A stretch of 64,000 bases of DNA from the human T2T-CHM13v2.0 reference genome, Homo sapiens, in assembly GCF_009914755.1 (NCBI RefSeq), contig NC_060926.1; one strand, 5' to 3'. The notes beneath the pieces were generated by a model, which did no database searches, was not told the DNA's origin, and saw only the letters and a list, made by a program, of their open reading frames with translations. Of this stretch, positions 15,462-28,765 are shown piece after piece. The first letter of the stretch is position 1. Each line of letters starts with the position of its first letter. The position numbers and the translations under genes are program-made.

Positions 15462-15645
15462 CTCCTTCCTTCCTTCCTTCCCTCTTTCTTTCCTTCCTTC
15501 CTCCTCCCTCCCTCCCTCCCTAGCTTCCTTCGTTCCTAGCTTCCTTCCTTCCTGGCCTCCTTCTTTCTTAGCTTCCTTCCTTCCCTCCCTCCCTCCCTCC
15601 CTCCCTCCTTCCTTCCTTCCTTCCTTCCTTCCTCTTTCTCTTTTT
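15462..15645. repeat. (CCTT)n/(CCCT)n polypyrimidine tract, probably the expanded tail of the adjacent Alu monomer
   Basis: About 180 bp of near-pure C/T with TAGCTTCC variants. Confidence 0.9.
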
Positions 15646-15801
15646 TACTTGAAACAGGGTCTCACTCTGTCACCCAGGCTAGAGTGCAATGGCACTATCA
15701 TGGCTCACTAAAGCCTTGAACGAACTCCTGGGCTCAAGCGATCCTCCTGCCTCAGCATCCCAAAGAGCTAGGATTACATGTGTGAGCCACTGTGCCCAGC
15801 T
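15646..15801 (-). mobile_element. Alu monomer (FLAM-like)
   Basis: Single-arm Alu reverse complement (GAACTCCTGGGCTCAAGCGATCCTCC). Confidence 0.8.
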
Positions 15802-16568
15802 GCATCTTCAGTTTCTTTCCACTGCTCACTTCTGCTCTGTGGTTAAGGATGCAGAGTGTGTACTGATCTTAAAGAAATACTTACCTGATCCTGCTGCATC
15901 CCCAAGCCATCTGGACAAACTTCTCAAATAAACAGTCTACATTCATGGCCTTCATTTTCCCACTATTCCTCTTCATGTCTCTTGATCTATCCCTTACTAC
16001 TTAGTCCACATTCATTTCTCTCTCCTCATCTTATTAAAATGTTTATTTTCTGTACCACATATTTTGCCAATTAATCAAGTAATTTTATATCTATTTAAGT
16101 ACTTACTTTAACAGTCTTTTCTTAACCAAACTATTAATAAGCCATGAGGATAAACGTATTCTATCTTTTTTCAAACAGTTGCTAGCACTTACAAATTGTA
16201 GGTATACATGATTTAGTACTGAGTGGTTTATAAATATAATAATTTTATTCAGAATTACAGCAATATTAATAAATGTTCATTAAAAAAATTTTCTTGCCTG
16301 AGCTCCAAGATAATTTCTTTAATTCACCAAATATTTACTTAGCACTTACTGTGTTATTCAGTGTTCTAGGCACTAGAGACATCACAGTGAATAAAGCATG
16401 AAAAACTCCTGCCCTTATGAAGCTTATATTTTAACTGGGGGAGACATAGGAACAGATAATGAGTAAGCAATGCCATATGCTAGGTGGTAACAAGTGCCAT
16501 GGAGCCTTCACAATGGAAAGCCAATGAACGATGTTAAGCAGAAAAGGACATGATTTGACTTATGTTTA

Positions 16569-16900
<332 letters not shown>

Positions 16901-16921
16901 TAAAACAATTTTATCACTATA

Positions 16922-17537
16922 TTATTAATGGTTTTCTATTGCTATGTAACAAATCACCACAAACTTAGTGACTTAACACAGCACACATGTATCAGCTTAG
17001 AGTTCTAAAAGTCAGCAGTCCAGCCCATTTTGCTGAGTTCTCTGTTCAAAGTATTGTGAGGTTAAAATCAAAGTTTTGGCTGGAATGAGTTGTCAGCTGG
17101 AGGCTCTGGGGAAAAATTACCTGCTCCCAGGCTCACACAGGTTGTTGGCAAAATTCAGTTCATTGAGGTTGTGAGAGTGAAGTTCTCATTTACTTGTTGA
17201 CTATAAGCCAGGGCTGCTCTCACCTCCTAGAGATGACCCACATTCCTGGCCATATGGCCCCTCCATCTTCCAAGTCAGCAATGGCATGTTAAATCCTTCT
17301 CATGCCTGGGATTCCTGACTGCCTGTTCTGTGACTAGCCAGAGAAACTCTGCTTTTAAACAGTTCATGTGATTCAGTCAGGCCCAAGCAGGTAATCTCCC
17401 TTTCTTAAAGCCAACTGTGCATCATAACGAAACTTAACTACAGGAAGAAAATTCATCATATCCACAATCTCAGAGATTAGTACACAGGAGCGGAGGAGAG
17501 GGTTCTTGGGGGTCACCTTAGCATTCTGCCTACCACA
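16922..17537 (-). mobile_element. MLT1-type MaLR LTR
   Basis: TATTGCTATGTAACAAATCACCACAAACTTAGTG...CATTCTGCCTACCACA. Confidence 0.75.
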
Positions 17538-17539
17538 AT

Positions 17540-18860
17540 CACCTTGTCTGTTGTGTTGAGAATACACCATAGGGAAGTAAGAAAAAAAAAAAGAGAGATG
17601 TTGGCAATAATTTAGGGGAAGGGCAATTGTGTCTTTGACCAGGGTAGTAGGAGATGAGGTGGTGAGGTAGGGTCAAACTCTGAGAGAATATGAAGATACA
17701 GATGATAAAACTGCCGACACATTGGATGTGACTTGTGGATGAAAGAGAGGAGTTGAGGAGAACTTGCATGGATATTGGCCTCAGTAACTACAAAAATAGA
17801 ATTGCCATTTGCTGAAATAAGATGTACTAAGGGAAGACAAAGAGTTTTGGAAGATGTCAGTATGAGATGCCAATATCACATCCAAATGGAGATGTCCAGT
17901 AAGCAGTTGTATACTGCACCTAGAGCTCAGGAAAAGGTCTGGTTTGCAGGTAAAATTGGAAAGTTGCCAAGTTGTAAATGGTATTTGAGGCCATGGGAGT
18001 GGATGAGGTCATCTAAGGTGAAAAAGGAAAAGGTCTTAGGATGGAGCCCCAGAGTAGTCCAAGGTGAGAAGTTGAAGACATCAGGAAGAATACCTAAGGA
18101 GGCTGGGAAAGACTGCACAGTGAGGTAGAAGGACAACCAGGAGAGAGTGAGAGCCCCGAGGGGAGGTGGAGAAGAAGGATGACTAATTGACAGGCACACG
18201 AGACACAGAGTGAGAAGCAACTCCCAATCTGCAACACAGAGATTAGGGACCTTGACAAGAATACAGCTGTTTTAGTGGTGTGGTGGGGATAACCCTTATT
18301 CCAGGAAGCTTAAGAGAAAAAAAAGGGAGAGGGGTAACAGACAGTGATAATAGAAACTCTTTAAGAAGTTTTGTGGTAAAGAGAGCAGAGAAAGGGAGTG
18401 GTAGGTTGGCAGGGATGAGGGTGGAAAAAGACAGTTTCCTTCTTATTTTTTAAGAATATGAGACACTACTGTATGTTCATGATCAAATAGAGATGGAAAA
18501 AATGATGTTGCCACATGCAAGGGGACAGCTGGAGCCTAATCTTTCAGTAGGCAAAAGGGATGGGACCCAGGGCACAAACAAAGGGCCTGGTCTTGGGTAG
18601 GAGCCTGAGCATTCATTCCTCTAACTTGGGAGGGGAGCCGATACAGGTGAATGCACTGATGAGCCGGTGAGAATTGAAGTTCTCTTCTAATGGTTTCAGT
18701 TTTCTTATCAAAACAGGAAGCCAGGTCCTTAGCTATGAATGAGCATATGGAGGAGGTGTTGGAAGTTTGAGTGGAGAGGAGATACCTGGAATAGTTCACC
18801 AGAAAAGCAAGCGAGTGAGCAGACAGGGAAAATAGGGCCAGATTGCCAGGAAGGAATAAG
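17540..18860 (-). mobile_element. L2 fragments
   Basis: Purine-rich decayed L2-like sequence (GAGATGTCCAGTAAGCAGTTG, GTAAATGGTATTTGAGGCCATGGGAGTGGATGAG). Confidence 0.65.
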
Positions 18861-19689
18861 GGTCCACTGGCTGCTGGGTTCTGGGTTCTCCTTTCAGTAC
18901 AGCCAAACCCTTTTCATTTTAAGAAAATCATTACCATGCAGAGTAATTTTTTCGCTGGAAATTTTAAAACAAAGATTTGAGTCATCAATTAGATTTTTTT
19001 TGCCCATGTTAGATTAAATTATAGCTTCTGGACCTTGTGAGGTTATTTTGTTTGCTTTTGTTATTTACTATTTTATTTTTATGGCCATTAATTATTTTAA
19101 GTCCTACTTTCCTGGGTTAACTTTAGCAGATCTAAGTTTTACCATTTTTTAAAAATTTTGCCCATCTTATTTTATGTTGACTATTTCTACCACTTTCTGC
19201 TATTATGAACTGGATGAAATATGACAGTTTATGTGGATTTTCTAGAGGTAAATTGTCAGTAATTCCCCTCAGATGTTTCTTACCTGCTCTATTATCTCAG
19301 ATTTATATTTTAACATTGCAATTCAATTATTTTCTCCTCTTGATCACTTTGGATGCCAAAAGAAAGAAAGGGCTGAGGTCAAAATGTCCTTGAGATCAGA
19401 AAGGCAGCAACAAAGCACACTGATTTGCAATAAACCCAGTTAGGAAAGAAAGTGAGGAGAAGGAAAGGAGAGAATTACAGCTCCAGATTTTTGGAGATCA
19501 GAGCTGGCTTGATGTCTGTCCTCTTTTGTTGAAAAATTAAATCTTTCTAACGTAATGAAAAGAGAGCAATAACCAAATACACGATATGCCTACATAGGCC
19601 GTCTCCCCGATTTCTGTCTTTCAGAATTTTCAATTCAACTTAGGTATTTGCCCTTCTCCTTCCATGTGCTAGCAAAAGAAGATACTTTC

Positions 19690-20185
19690 CAGCCTGAGAA
19701 AGGTGAGTCTTGAGTAGTCTGGTTCAATCACGGCAATTCATTCTCCTTGCCGGTGATTGGTTTGGATATGGACAAGTGACACAAATGTCGCCAGTAAGAT
19801 CTGAAAGTTTGCATCTGGTCAGAGGACTTATGGAAATGGTTTTCCTCCCTGATACAGCAGAACATGAATGAGGAAGAGCATCCTCTTCTGCCCTGTGAAT
19901 GAGCTGTATGAGCAAGTGCTGGGTTGAGCTGCAGAAGCCATGCTCAACCATGAGATGACATACTGGAGATCAAAAGACAAAACTCCAAGGATGGCAGAGC
20001 TGAAAGGTGGAAAGGCCCCATGTTCTTGATGTGTTCAGGCCATTACATTAACAAACCCAAGAACCACTTTACTTCTGCACTTCCAATTATAAAAGATGCT
20101 AATGACAATACAGTAATAAAACGCTATCATTCAAATAACTTTTGGCCAGGTATTGGGTTCCTTGAAGCCCAAAACATCCTGATAC
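19690..20185 (+). mobile_element. Old MLT1 (J/K/L-like) LTR
   Basis: GATTGGTTTGGATATGGACAAGTGACAC...TGAAGCCCAAAACATCCTGATACA. Confidence 0.55.
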
Positions 20186-21209
20186 AATCCTCATACAGCA
20201 TCAGGGGGCTGTAAGTCAGTGAGGATGGACACGGAGGTGCACTGCATGCCTCAGAGCCAGTTTGGGGGCTGAAGGATTGGAAGGATAATATTAAGACCCA
20301 TTAATTATTAATGCTTTATGCTTGGTTGTTTATGTAGAAACTTCCTGGGGCAGCATTTATCATTTGGTCACTAGTGCTTCCATAGCACTTTGATCATTTA
20401 CTAGAAGGGCACTTAGCTCTTTTGATTGTAGTTAATGTTTATGTGTCTTTTAATGCTGTCAATTATTTGAGGACAAAGGCCATATCTATTGTCTTTCTAT
20501 CCCTAGGGACCCACAAAGTACCTGGCATATAGAAAATCCTCAATAAATATTTGCCAAGTTGGAGAATTACCTTCTGTCAACAAATCTGTGCTGGGTGAAT
20601 ATGAAGTAGGAGGTGTTCCTGAGCACATCCTTGAAAGGGGAAGGCTGATCCAATAGGAAAGGGGAGTTAAGCCAGAGGAACCTCTGCAGACAAGCTCTGA
20701 TAAAAAGGAAACAGCCAGGAGGCAAGAGAAATTCTTTACTTAAGCTATCTAGCCAGCTGTCCAAGGAGCCATCCTTACCTTCTCTCCTTCCCTCACTCTT
20801 CACATGCCTGCACATTGTCTTACCTCCAAAATACATCCTGCGTTTCTTTTTTTTTTTTAAACTTATTTTCACCTCCAGTGCTACCATCCTTCTCCAAGCC
20901 ACCATCATTGATCACCTGGACAAACCACACCAACCCCAAACTACTATCCACACAAGAGTCAGAGGCATATTTTTGAAATGTGAAAAGATCATGTCACATT
21001 CATGCTGAAATCCTCCAGGAGCTCAAAATCATACTTGGAATAAGAGAGAAACTCCTTTCTGTGTCTGCCGGTCCTCTCTATCCCACTTGATTTCTGTCAT
21101 AGCATTTATTACCATCTGAAATTATTTCTGCACTTGCCTATAATTTGCCTGCTCTATGAACTGTAAAGGTCCAGTGGAACAGGGACATTATCTATACTGC
21201 TTAGGGCTA

Positions 21210-21606
21210 GATCTTAGCTCATTTTGTATTGCTATAAAGGAATATCTGAGGCTAGTAATTTATCTTTTTAAAAGATTATTTGGATCATGATTCTGGTGAC
21301 TGGAAAGTTCAATATTGGGCATTTACATCTGATGATGGTCTCAGGCTGCTTCTACTTATAGCAGAAGGTGAAGGGGAGGCTGGCATGTGCAGAGATCACA
21401 TGGTGAGAAAGAAAGCAAGAAAGAGGGAGGTGCTAGGCTCTTTTTAATAATCAGCTGTTACGGAAACGAATAGAGCAAGAACTCACTCACCCCTGTGGGA
21501 GGGCTCTGATCCCATTATGCAGATACCTTCCATTAGGCCTCACCTCCAACACTGGAGATCAAATTTCAACATGAGGTTTGGAGGGGACAAATACGCAATC
21601 ATAGCA
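21210..21606 (-). mobile_element. MST-type MaLR solo LTR inserted in an L2
   Basis: TTGCTATAAAGGAATATCTGAGGCT...TTTCAACATGAGGTTTGGAGGGGAC...ATAGCA; flanks GGCTA/GGCCA. Confidence 0.75.
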
Positions 21607-22726
21607 GGCCATATCCCCCATACCTTCAATAACACTTGACATGCAGTAAGCATTCAATAGCCATATCCCCCCACTCCCATATCTTCAGTAATACTTGACA
21701 TGCAGTAAGCATTCAATATATGTTTTTGAATTGAAAAATATTGTATTTAGCCACTGTTGGACCTTGGCCCTGAAGAGGTTTTAAATCTCATACTGAAAGA
21801 GTTTTATGCCTGGAATCAAATAATGGAAGAATATAATAGAGAAATAAGAGTCATCCATGAAACTTATGGACATGAGTTTGAGCAGGGTGGGCTTTAGAAC
21901 AACTGAGGAAAACAAGAAAAGAGGGTTCCAGCCTCACAGAAATGGTATTAGGCCACAGAGGCCACTAAGCTCAGTTTTGGGGTCCCCAGTTTTAAGAAGT
22001 CAGGGAAGGGGTGGATGATAAGACCTGCTTGATACTCACCTCTCCTACTCCCTCTACCTCAATTATACATCCTGAGCCACCATGGCTCCTAGAGTGCCAT
22101 GAATAAAATCTCTAGTGGCTTTGGCTCTGCCTTACATTACCTCCTCTTCTAGGACCCTGAACTCATAGGTCTACTTTCTTCCTCACTGAACCAAATAATT
22201 AAGAAATGTGCACATTAATGCCCCCAGTTAAAGAAAGCACATAGTTTATCTTTAAATTTGTAAAAGCTTCCTAGGAAGTTATAATTTTGAAGAACAATAT
22301 AAAACAATACAATGCTTGGCAAATAATAAAACAGTTAGTTCTAATTTCATGGTTTCAGGTTACTCTCAAATTGAGAGACACACCCTCTTTTGGAGGTCAT
22401 AATGGAGCTGTGAAGACTAAAGTTAAAAATATTTACAAGATATTGATTTACAGCAATGAAAGGATTAGCATCCAACCATAAAGTAATGATTAAACATTAA
22501 CTCAGAAAAACTCTCACCAAGGCATTTCTATAAATTAGCCATTCATGGGAACCAGCAGGCTCAGGGAAGGTTGGTAGTCAAAAGATTTGGATTCCCAAGA
22601 TCCAGTACTTACTTGCAAACCCCTAAACTTTCACGTGTAAAAAGTCAAGATATTAATATATCTCTCTAAAATGAACTTCTCTGTGAAGATCAAATGAAAT
22701 AATGTAACTTACATCAGAAGCAAAGC

Positions 22727-23530
22727 AAGTGTAATTTAGTGCCAGTAGGTAAATCTGAATCTATTATTACTACTAATACTAAAAATCGAAACCATTCAAA
22801 AGCTTGAGATGTCAGTCATTGCCTATATACAGCTTTATATGAGAATGAAGGCAGCAGCAGTAGGCTCTTCCTCAGGATACTTAACACATAGAGATTAGAA
22901 GCCATGAAATTATAATATCGCTATGCAAATGAGAAGTTATAACAATTATGCTAATATGGCCAAGTTGATTTTATACTTGATTACAAGCTGACAGAATGAT
23001 ATGGAGTTGAACAGTACTGAGTATCAGCTGTAGAGTCACATTGCCTGAGTATGAATCCCAACTTTGTGGAACTTTGAGCAAGTTCCTTAACTTCTTTGAT
23101 AGTCATTGGAGCCAGCCTCCATCATGGTTCCCAATGATCTCCACCTCCTGGTATTTACACACTTGTGTAGTGCCCTCCCACATTGTATCAGGGTTGGTCT
23201 GTGTGACCAATAGTACACAGCAGAAGGAATGGTATACCTGCCACTTCTGAGGCTAGGTCATAAAAGGCAACTCAGCTTCCTGCTTAGTTCCTCTCTTGGA
23301 TCCTTCATTCTAAGGGAAAGTAGCTACCATATTATCCTAAGTATAATTTAGTGCAAGTAAGTAAATCTGGACCTATTATTACTACTAATACTACTAAACA
23401 GAACCATTCAAAAGCTTGAGATGTCAGTCATTGCCTGTATACAGCTTTATATAGGAATGAAGGCATCCACAGTAGGCTCTTCTTCAGAATGCTTACGACA
23501 CAGAGATTAGAAGTCATGAAATTATAATAT
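22727..23530 (+). repeat. Dispersed 192-bp direct duplication (22727-22918 and 23339-23530)
   Basis: Both copies contain AACCATTCAAAAGCTTGAGATGTCAGTCATTGCCT and end CATGAAATTATAATAT. Confidence 0.93.
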
Positions 23531-23797
23531 AATTCCCACATGGTGGGGAACTGGGGCCCACACACTAGGGAACTGAGGCCTCTAGCTAACAGGCACATGA
23601 GTGAGCTTGGAAGGGGATCCTTCAGCCCCAGTCAGGCTTTCAGATAACATCTTGATTGCAACCTCATGAGAGACCCTGAGGCAGAACCACCCAGCTAAGC
23701 CACTCCAAAATTCCTTATACACAGAAACTATGAGATAATAAATATTTATTGTTTTAAGTTCTGAGGTAATTCATTATGCAATTACAGATAACTAAAG
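23105..23797 (+). mobile_element. MLT1 (F/G-like) LTR inside a MIR, carrying a 192-bp copy of nearby sequence
   Basis: CCCAATGATCTCCACCTCCTGG...CACAGAAACTATGAGATAATAAAT; MIR halves on either side. Confidence 0.7.
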
Positions 23798-26016
23798 TAC
23801 CCTCTCAAAGTTTCTATAAATCTTCTGTAGGAATGGAGAGGGTAATAGTACCTCTCTTTCAAAGAGTTGTTCTAAGGATTAAATGAAAAATACATTGAAA
23901 GCCCTCAGCCCCAAATTTAGCACTTAGTAAATGCATATTGGCTATTATTGTAGCTTGCATGCCTTCTCTTCCTCAAGCAAGGCGCTCCTGCATGTTATTT
24001 ACAGCCACATTCTCCATGGGCCTCAGTAATTTCTTAAGTCATAAAATTTGAAAGACACGATCCAGCTCCAGTCTTTTTATATTGTCTTTCTCTGACCATC
24101 AACTGAGTAGTCTTCATTTTCTCTCTCTTTGTGATCCCCTTTGAGAAGAGAGGCAGAGATTTCTAAGATAGAGAAACTTAAGGCATATGCTATGGCTAGG
24201 GAAGCAAAACCCAAAATAACTGGCCTGAAAAAGACTAACCTGCTGACCTCATGAGCATTCCACAAAGGTTGACAATAGTTAACTGAGCAAGCTGGAGTCA
24301 ACTCCAGCTTTTACAGAGCATACTGTTTAGAAATTGTCCCCTGAAACATACAAAGCTTTCATTCAGGCGCATTTCTGTGCTTTAAACCTGGAACAGATCC
24401 TGGACTTCCTCAGGCAAACCTCATAGATGCTATCTTTTCTCTCTGATTATTCCTGTCTCCTTCACATTTGGGTTTTCTCTTATTACTGATGGATGGGTGA
24501 GCAGTCAAATTTCCTTTCCACCGAAAGAAGGTATAGAAGAAATTTACCACTAAAGCAGTGAAAGGAGCAAAAGAAGAGATATACTTCTTTTCCATAATAA
24601 AATTCAATAATAATAAAACTATTTGACAAATAACCAAATATTTCAAATTTCAGCATATAATATAGTGTAAAAGAAAAAATAAAGGAATCATAAATGCTGC
24701 ATGTGAATTTTATTACCACTAAGCCATGAAGAGTTCTACAATTCCATACAAGTATTTTTACGTATTTCTCACTGATTCTTGGGGAAACTGAATGCTTACA
24801 TATGCAATATCCTCCTATAGTAGGATGATTGAAAAAAAATTTAAAACATACAATCATTTATTATATACACAGAAGAGGGTGAACTTTTGATTGTGCTTGG
24901 TGAAATGAATAATATGACTTCAAGGAGTTTTTATTCTTAAATATATGACAATAGTATTAAGCCTCTCTCTCTCTCTCTCTGGCTCCCCATTCACTAGCCC
25001 CCGTCCTGTTCTGGGTGTGTCTAGTTTTGCTAAAGTAAGCATTTCACATGGAAATGCTTGACCTCTTAAATCAACCTCTCAGGGGATGAACTTGGGTTTG
25101 CTCATGGCTTCCTCCTTCCTTTTGGCTGTTTAATTCTTTAGTTTCCACGTAATTTAGGTCTTTGCTTTGTTTTTCTATCAAATTCCTTTCCTTCCTTCCT
25201 TCTTCCTTTCCTTTCCCTTCCCCTTCCCTTTACATTTCCTTTCTCCCTACTTCCTTCCTTTTTCCTTCACTCTATTTGTTTACTTGAAAGCTTGATTGAC
25301 AACATGGAGGGCATTTCTTGGGTGATGACTTTGACTTTTTTGTAAGGAATGCTGACCTTTATTATGGCACAGCCCAGGAAAGGTATTGCTGATTTAGTGA
25401 AAATGCTGCATTCCTGAGCTTTTATCTTTATTCCTATGATAAGGCAGAAGTGTTAACAAGATGACTTCCCTTTTTTCCTTAAACATACATACATACAAGT
25501 TAAGAAATACAGACAAGAAATTACTAGAGTGGTAAATAAATAAAGCCACCATGAAACAACATCTCCACCTGGTTGTCCAAGAGGTATCCTTAGCCACCCT
25601 CTCCTTTACCTCTCTCTGTTTAACCGGTTACCGAAGTCCAGTCATTCACATTTCTGAGTAGCTCTGGAGCCTCCAAATTCTGACCTGTACTGTAAGTGTC
25701 CTGGGCCATTTCCCTCACTTCCCCCTCCAGTGTTGCTCCATTGCAACTCACCTTCCCACTGTCATGGCCAACAGTTCAGGCATGCTCAAAACATCATTCA
25801 CTGCATCATCTCCAGCTTAGAATCAAACTCTTTTGCCTGTTTCCCACCCTCCTCTGGGGCCCTGGATCCTTTTATAATCCCTAACACAGGATGTGATCTC
25901 ATGTCTCTGTGTTGAAACACAGGGCATTTGCATTTTCTGGAATATCTTATCTCCAGAAACTGATGTTAACTATTCAAGCTTGGCCCACAAAAGAAACCTC
26001 TTATAAGAAGTCTCTC

Positions 26017-26233
26017 CGCCGGGTGCAGTGGCTTACACCTTTCATTCCAGCACTTTGGGAGGCCAAAGTGGGCAGATCATGAGGTCAGGAGATAAAGACC
26101 ATCCTGGCCAACATGGTAAAACCCCATCTATACTAAAATACAAAAAATTATCCGGGCGTGGTGGTGTGTGCCTGTAGTCCCAGCTACTCGGGAGGCTGAG
26201 GCAAGGGAATCACTTGAACCCGGGAGGGGGAGA
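26017..26233 (+). mobile_element. 3'-truncated Alu (AluSc-like)
   Basis: Alu through GAACCCGGGAGG, then an abrupt end with no tail or TSD. Confidence 0.88.
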
Positions 26234-28053
26234 CTTTCCCAGAAGTGTTCCTTCTAACCTCCAGAGCAGTCTGCTCAAGCACCTCTAAGTTATTTTTTTG
26301 AATCATAAGAGTAGTTATATGGAAACAAGTTGAGTCTCTCAGGAAGTCCTCCTCAAGAGAACATTCTTGAAATGTGTTCAAATTTCATTTGGAGAAGATA
26401 CCAGGTGCTATTTAGCAGAAATGGCAAAACAGCTCTTCCTGGCCTGTATACCCTACCCAGCAAAACAAAATTCTCAGAGTTAACTGCAGCAAGCCTCAGA
26501 TCCCTAGGCCTTTTCACTGGCCATCTCAAGTGGCTTATCAAAGTACAGTATTCCTTCCAACTTGCTTTAACGGAAGTTCTGATAATTACAGTTTTACTCA
26601 AACTTCCAGCGATGCTGTGATGCCTCAGTGATGTTTTGGAGAGAAACATACAGATTATTTCTATTTATATATGTGTGTATCCACACACACACATACACAC
26701 ATATATATGTAAAACAAGTCATATTTGTTTGCATGTTCCCACTAGCTTATACAGTCCTTGAGGTCAGGGCCTTTATATTTATATTTACAAAATTTAATCT
26801 TTGTATTTGCAGCAACTAACGCGGTGCCTGGAACATAATGTAAGCCTGTAAGCCCTATATTTATCAATTGTATGACTAGCACATTCTTCTCCCACAAGGC
26901 TTTGCATGTATGGTTTACACAAAGAGTTGCTTTATGAAAATAGTTATATTTTAACAGTCCACAAGAGTCAAGCTTAAGTGGACTGTCATTTAATGGTATA
27001 AAATAGTAGCAACCACTGGTTTCTTCAAATTTCATTAGCAGTAGGTCAACCCATTCAGTTATTTAACCTTTGGCACATTTGCCCTGGCCTTGAATTGCAC
27101 AGCAAGCATGGTTTTCATAGCTCTACAATCTAATTCTGAACTGTCATCCTAAAATCTAGATAAGACTCCTTGAGTATGCAAGCACTGACTATACATTCCT
27201 CAGTTGACTAAATCTTCCAGAGAGAATGCTTTAACTGGCTGACTAATTTATAGTGTGTAATGCTGAAATGAAAGCAAGTGTTTAAAAGGAAAGTAAGGCC
27301 AGGGGAGACTGAAACTAGTAGTTCTCACTTGCTTGCATCCTACAGTGAGTATTCCATTATGTGAGTGTTTTATACATTTAGGCAAGCTAAAAAGACATGA
27401 AAGTCCTTAAATAAAAGAATCCACCAAAACATCACTGATTCCAGACCCTTCTTAAATATTATCGTGTATACCAGCTTTATTATTTAGCTCTGCAATACTG
27501 CTAAATTGGTCAATTACTTCCCTGCCTCCCCACCCTCCAACTGAATTCTCACCACCCTTGAGGGAAAACAGTCTGGGTTCCCTGTGGAACATCATTTCTC
27601 AAAACTGTATTTTGGGGCTTGCTTTCTCATTTTTCCTTTCCATTTCAGATATCCTTACTGCTGTCTTTGGGCTCTTTAAACACTGCCTTTTTTCCTTTTT
27701 CGATCACACCCAAAAACTTTTCTCAAAAATTACATGTAAATTTAAAAATTTACAAATTAAATTTAAAATTGAAATTTTAAAAATCCCGACTCTCCCTAAT
27801 TTCAGGAAGCATGCATTTATTATACATAACAAGACGTGAAAGCCGCAAGAGTTTCAGCCTAAACACTGAAGACCCCGCGAAGTGAATCCAGCTGCTGCTC
27901 TACAAGCAGCAACAACAACTGGGAAGCCTTCTCAGCTACACTTCGGGGCACTGGTCCAACCCCACGCAAAATCCCTCGTTTCCCTTAGCGTGGTAAGACG
28001 GAGCCTGACCTGAGCTCCAACTGTCCTATCTTTTTCAAATGTTTCAAACTTAC

Positions 28054-28141
28054 TGCCTTTGTTCAGCAGAACCACGGGCACGGTGATGATGGTGACAAGC
28101 GCAGCAGCACCCAGCAGTCCCAGAAGAACCTTCCACGGTGT
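28054..28141 (-). CDS. DPP4: DPP4 exon 2 (88 bp): cytoplasmic tail and type II signal-anchor TM helix
   Basis: Translates TPWKVLLGLLGAAALVTIITVPVVLLNKG; AG acceptor at 28143-28142 and GTAAGT donor at 28053-28048. Confidence 0.98.
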
Positions 28142-28612
28142 CTGCAAGCCGAGCAGATCAAGTCCAATTAGAGGGAAGCGTGTGGCCCCAGTTTCCGTAG
28201 GAGGGTCGGGGCTGCTCCAGAGGCAGCAGGATTTGCAGGTGGGAGTGCGTTAGAAGAGGGAGACCGCGGGCTGGGGGTGGGGGTGGCGTCTGGAGTGCGC
28301 CAGTTGGAGTTCTCTAAGGCGGGTGCCCTTGAACTTGTGCCTTCAGAGCACATTAGCGTTGGTTTCTCTACCCCTGCCCGGGTTCGGGCGTGCGTTCTGT
28401 GAGTGGCTCTCCGGGACATTCAAAGCTCGACGCCAGGGTCCGAAAGCTAAGCGAGAGCTCTGGGACGTCCCTTCACCTGTCAGAGGGTGGCCTTGGGGCT
28501 TCCGCCTAAGGGGAGTCCCTGGTCCGGTTTCGCCAGCTTTTGGGCCATTTGGGGAGTTTGGCGAAGAGGTCCCCACAGCTCGCCCCGGGGACGTACGTGG
28601 CGCGGCACTCAC

Positions 28613-28618
28613 CTTCAT
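28613..28618 (-). CDS. DPP4: DPP4 coding exon 1 (Met-Lys only)
   Basis: Minus strand reads GCCGACG-ATG-AAG followed by the donor GTGAGT (28612-28607); joins in frame to exon 2 to give MKTPWKVLL. Confidence 0.97.
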
Positions 28619-28644
28619 CGTCGGCGTCTCCTCGGAAGTGAGCG

Positions 28645-28653
28645 TTCAGAGAA
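28645..28653. promoter_or_regulatory. GAS (STAT) element, -27 to -35 from the ATG
   Basis: TTCAGAGAA fits TTCN3GAA; consistent with known interferon/STAT1 induction of CD26. Confidence 0.75.
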
Positions 28654-28752
28654 GGAGCGCAGGCAGAAGTCACCGCGGGCGGCGGAGACGCGCGTCCTGC
28701 ACCGCTGCTCCGGGCGGTGGAGTCACTCGCCGCTGGCAAGTTTCGGCCCCGA

Positions 28753-28765
28753 GTTAAACATTAGT
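28753..28765. promoter_or_regulatory. HNF1 binding site (-135 to -147 from the ATG)
   Basis: GTTAAACATTAGT resembles GTTAATNATTAAC and is AT-rich within a GC island; HNF1A regulation of DPP4 is established. Confidence 0.8.

Noticed and set aside
15879-15887. Consensus minus-strand donor CAG/GTAAGT (also AG/GTGAGT at 22034-22041) as cryptic DPP4 exons
   Set aside because: No convincing upstream acceptor at exon distance; isolated donors are expected in a 26-kb intron.
26954-26986. Inverted repeat ACAGTCCAC...GTGGACTGT
   Set aside because: A 9-bp stem is too short for a pre-miRNA and plausible by chance.
27932-28147. 71-aa ORF MQTPWKVLL... as a standalone gene
   Set aside because: It is DPP4 exon 2 read with intronic flanks; the start is a non-ATG codon in the acceptor and the true ATG is in exon 1.
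28323-28757. 144-aa plus-strand ORF and overlapping ORFs in the CpG island
   Set aside because: Non-ATG start, stop-poor GC-rich DNA, Gly/Arg/Pro-biased and no recognisable domain.
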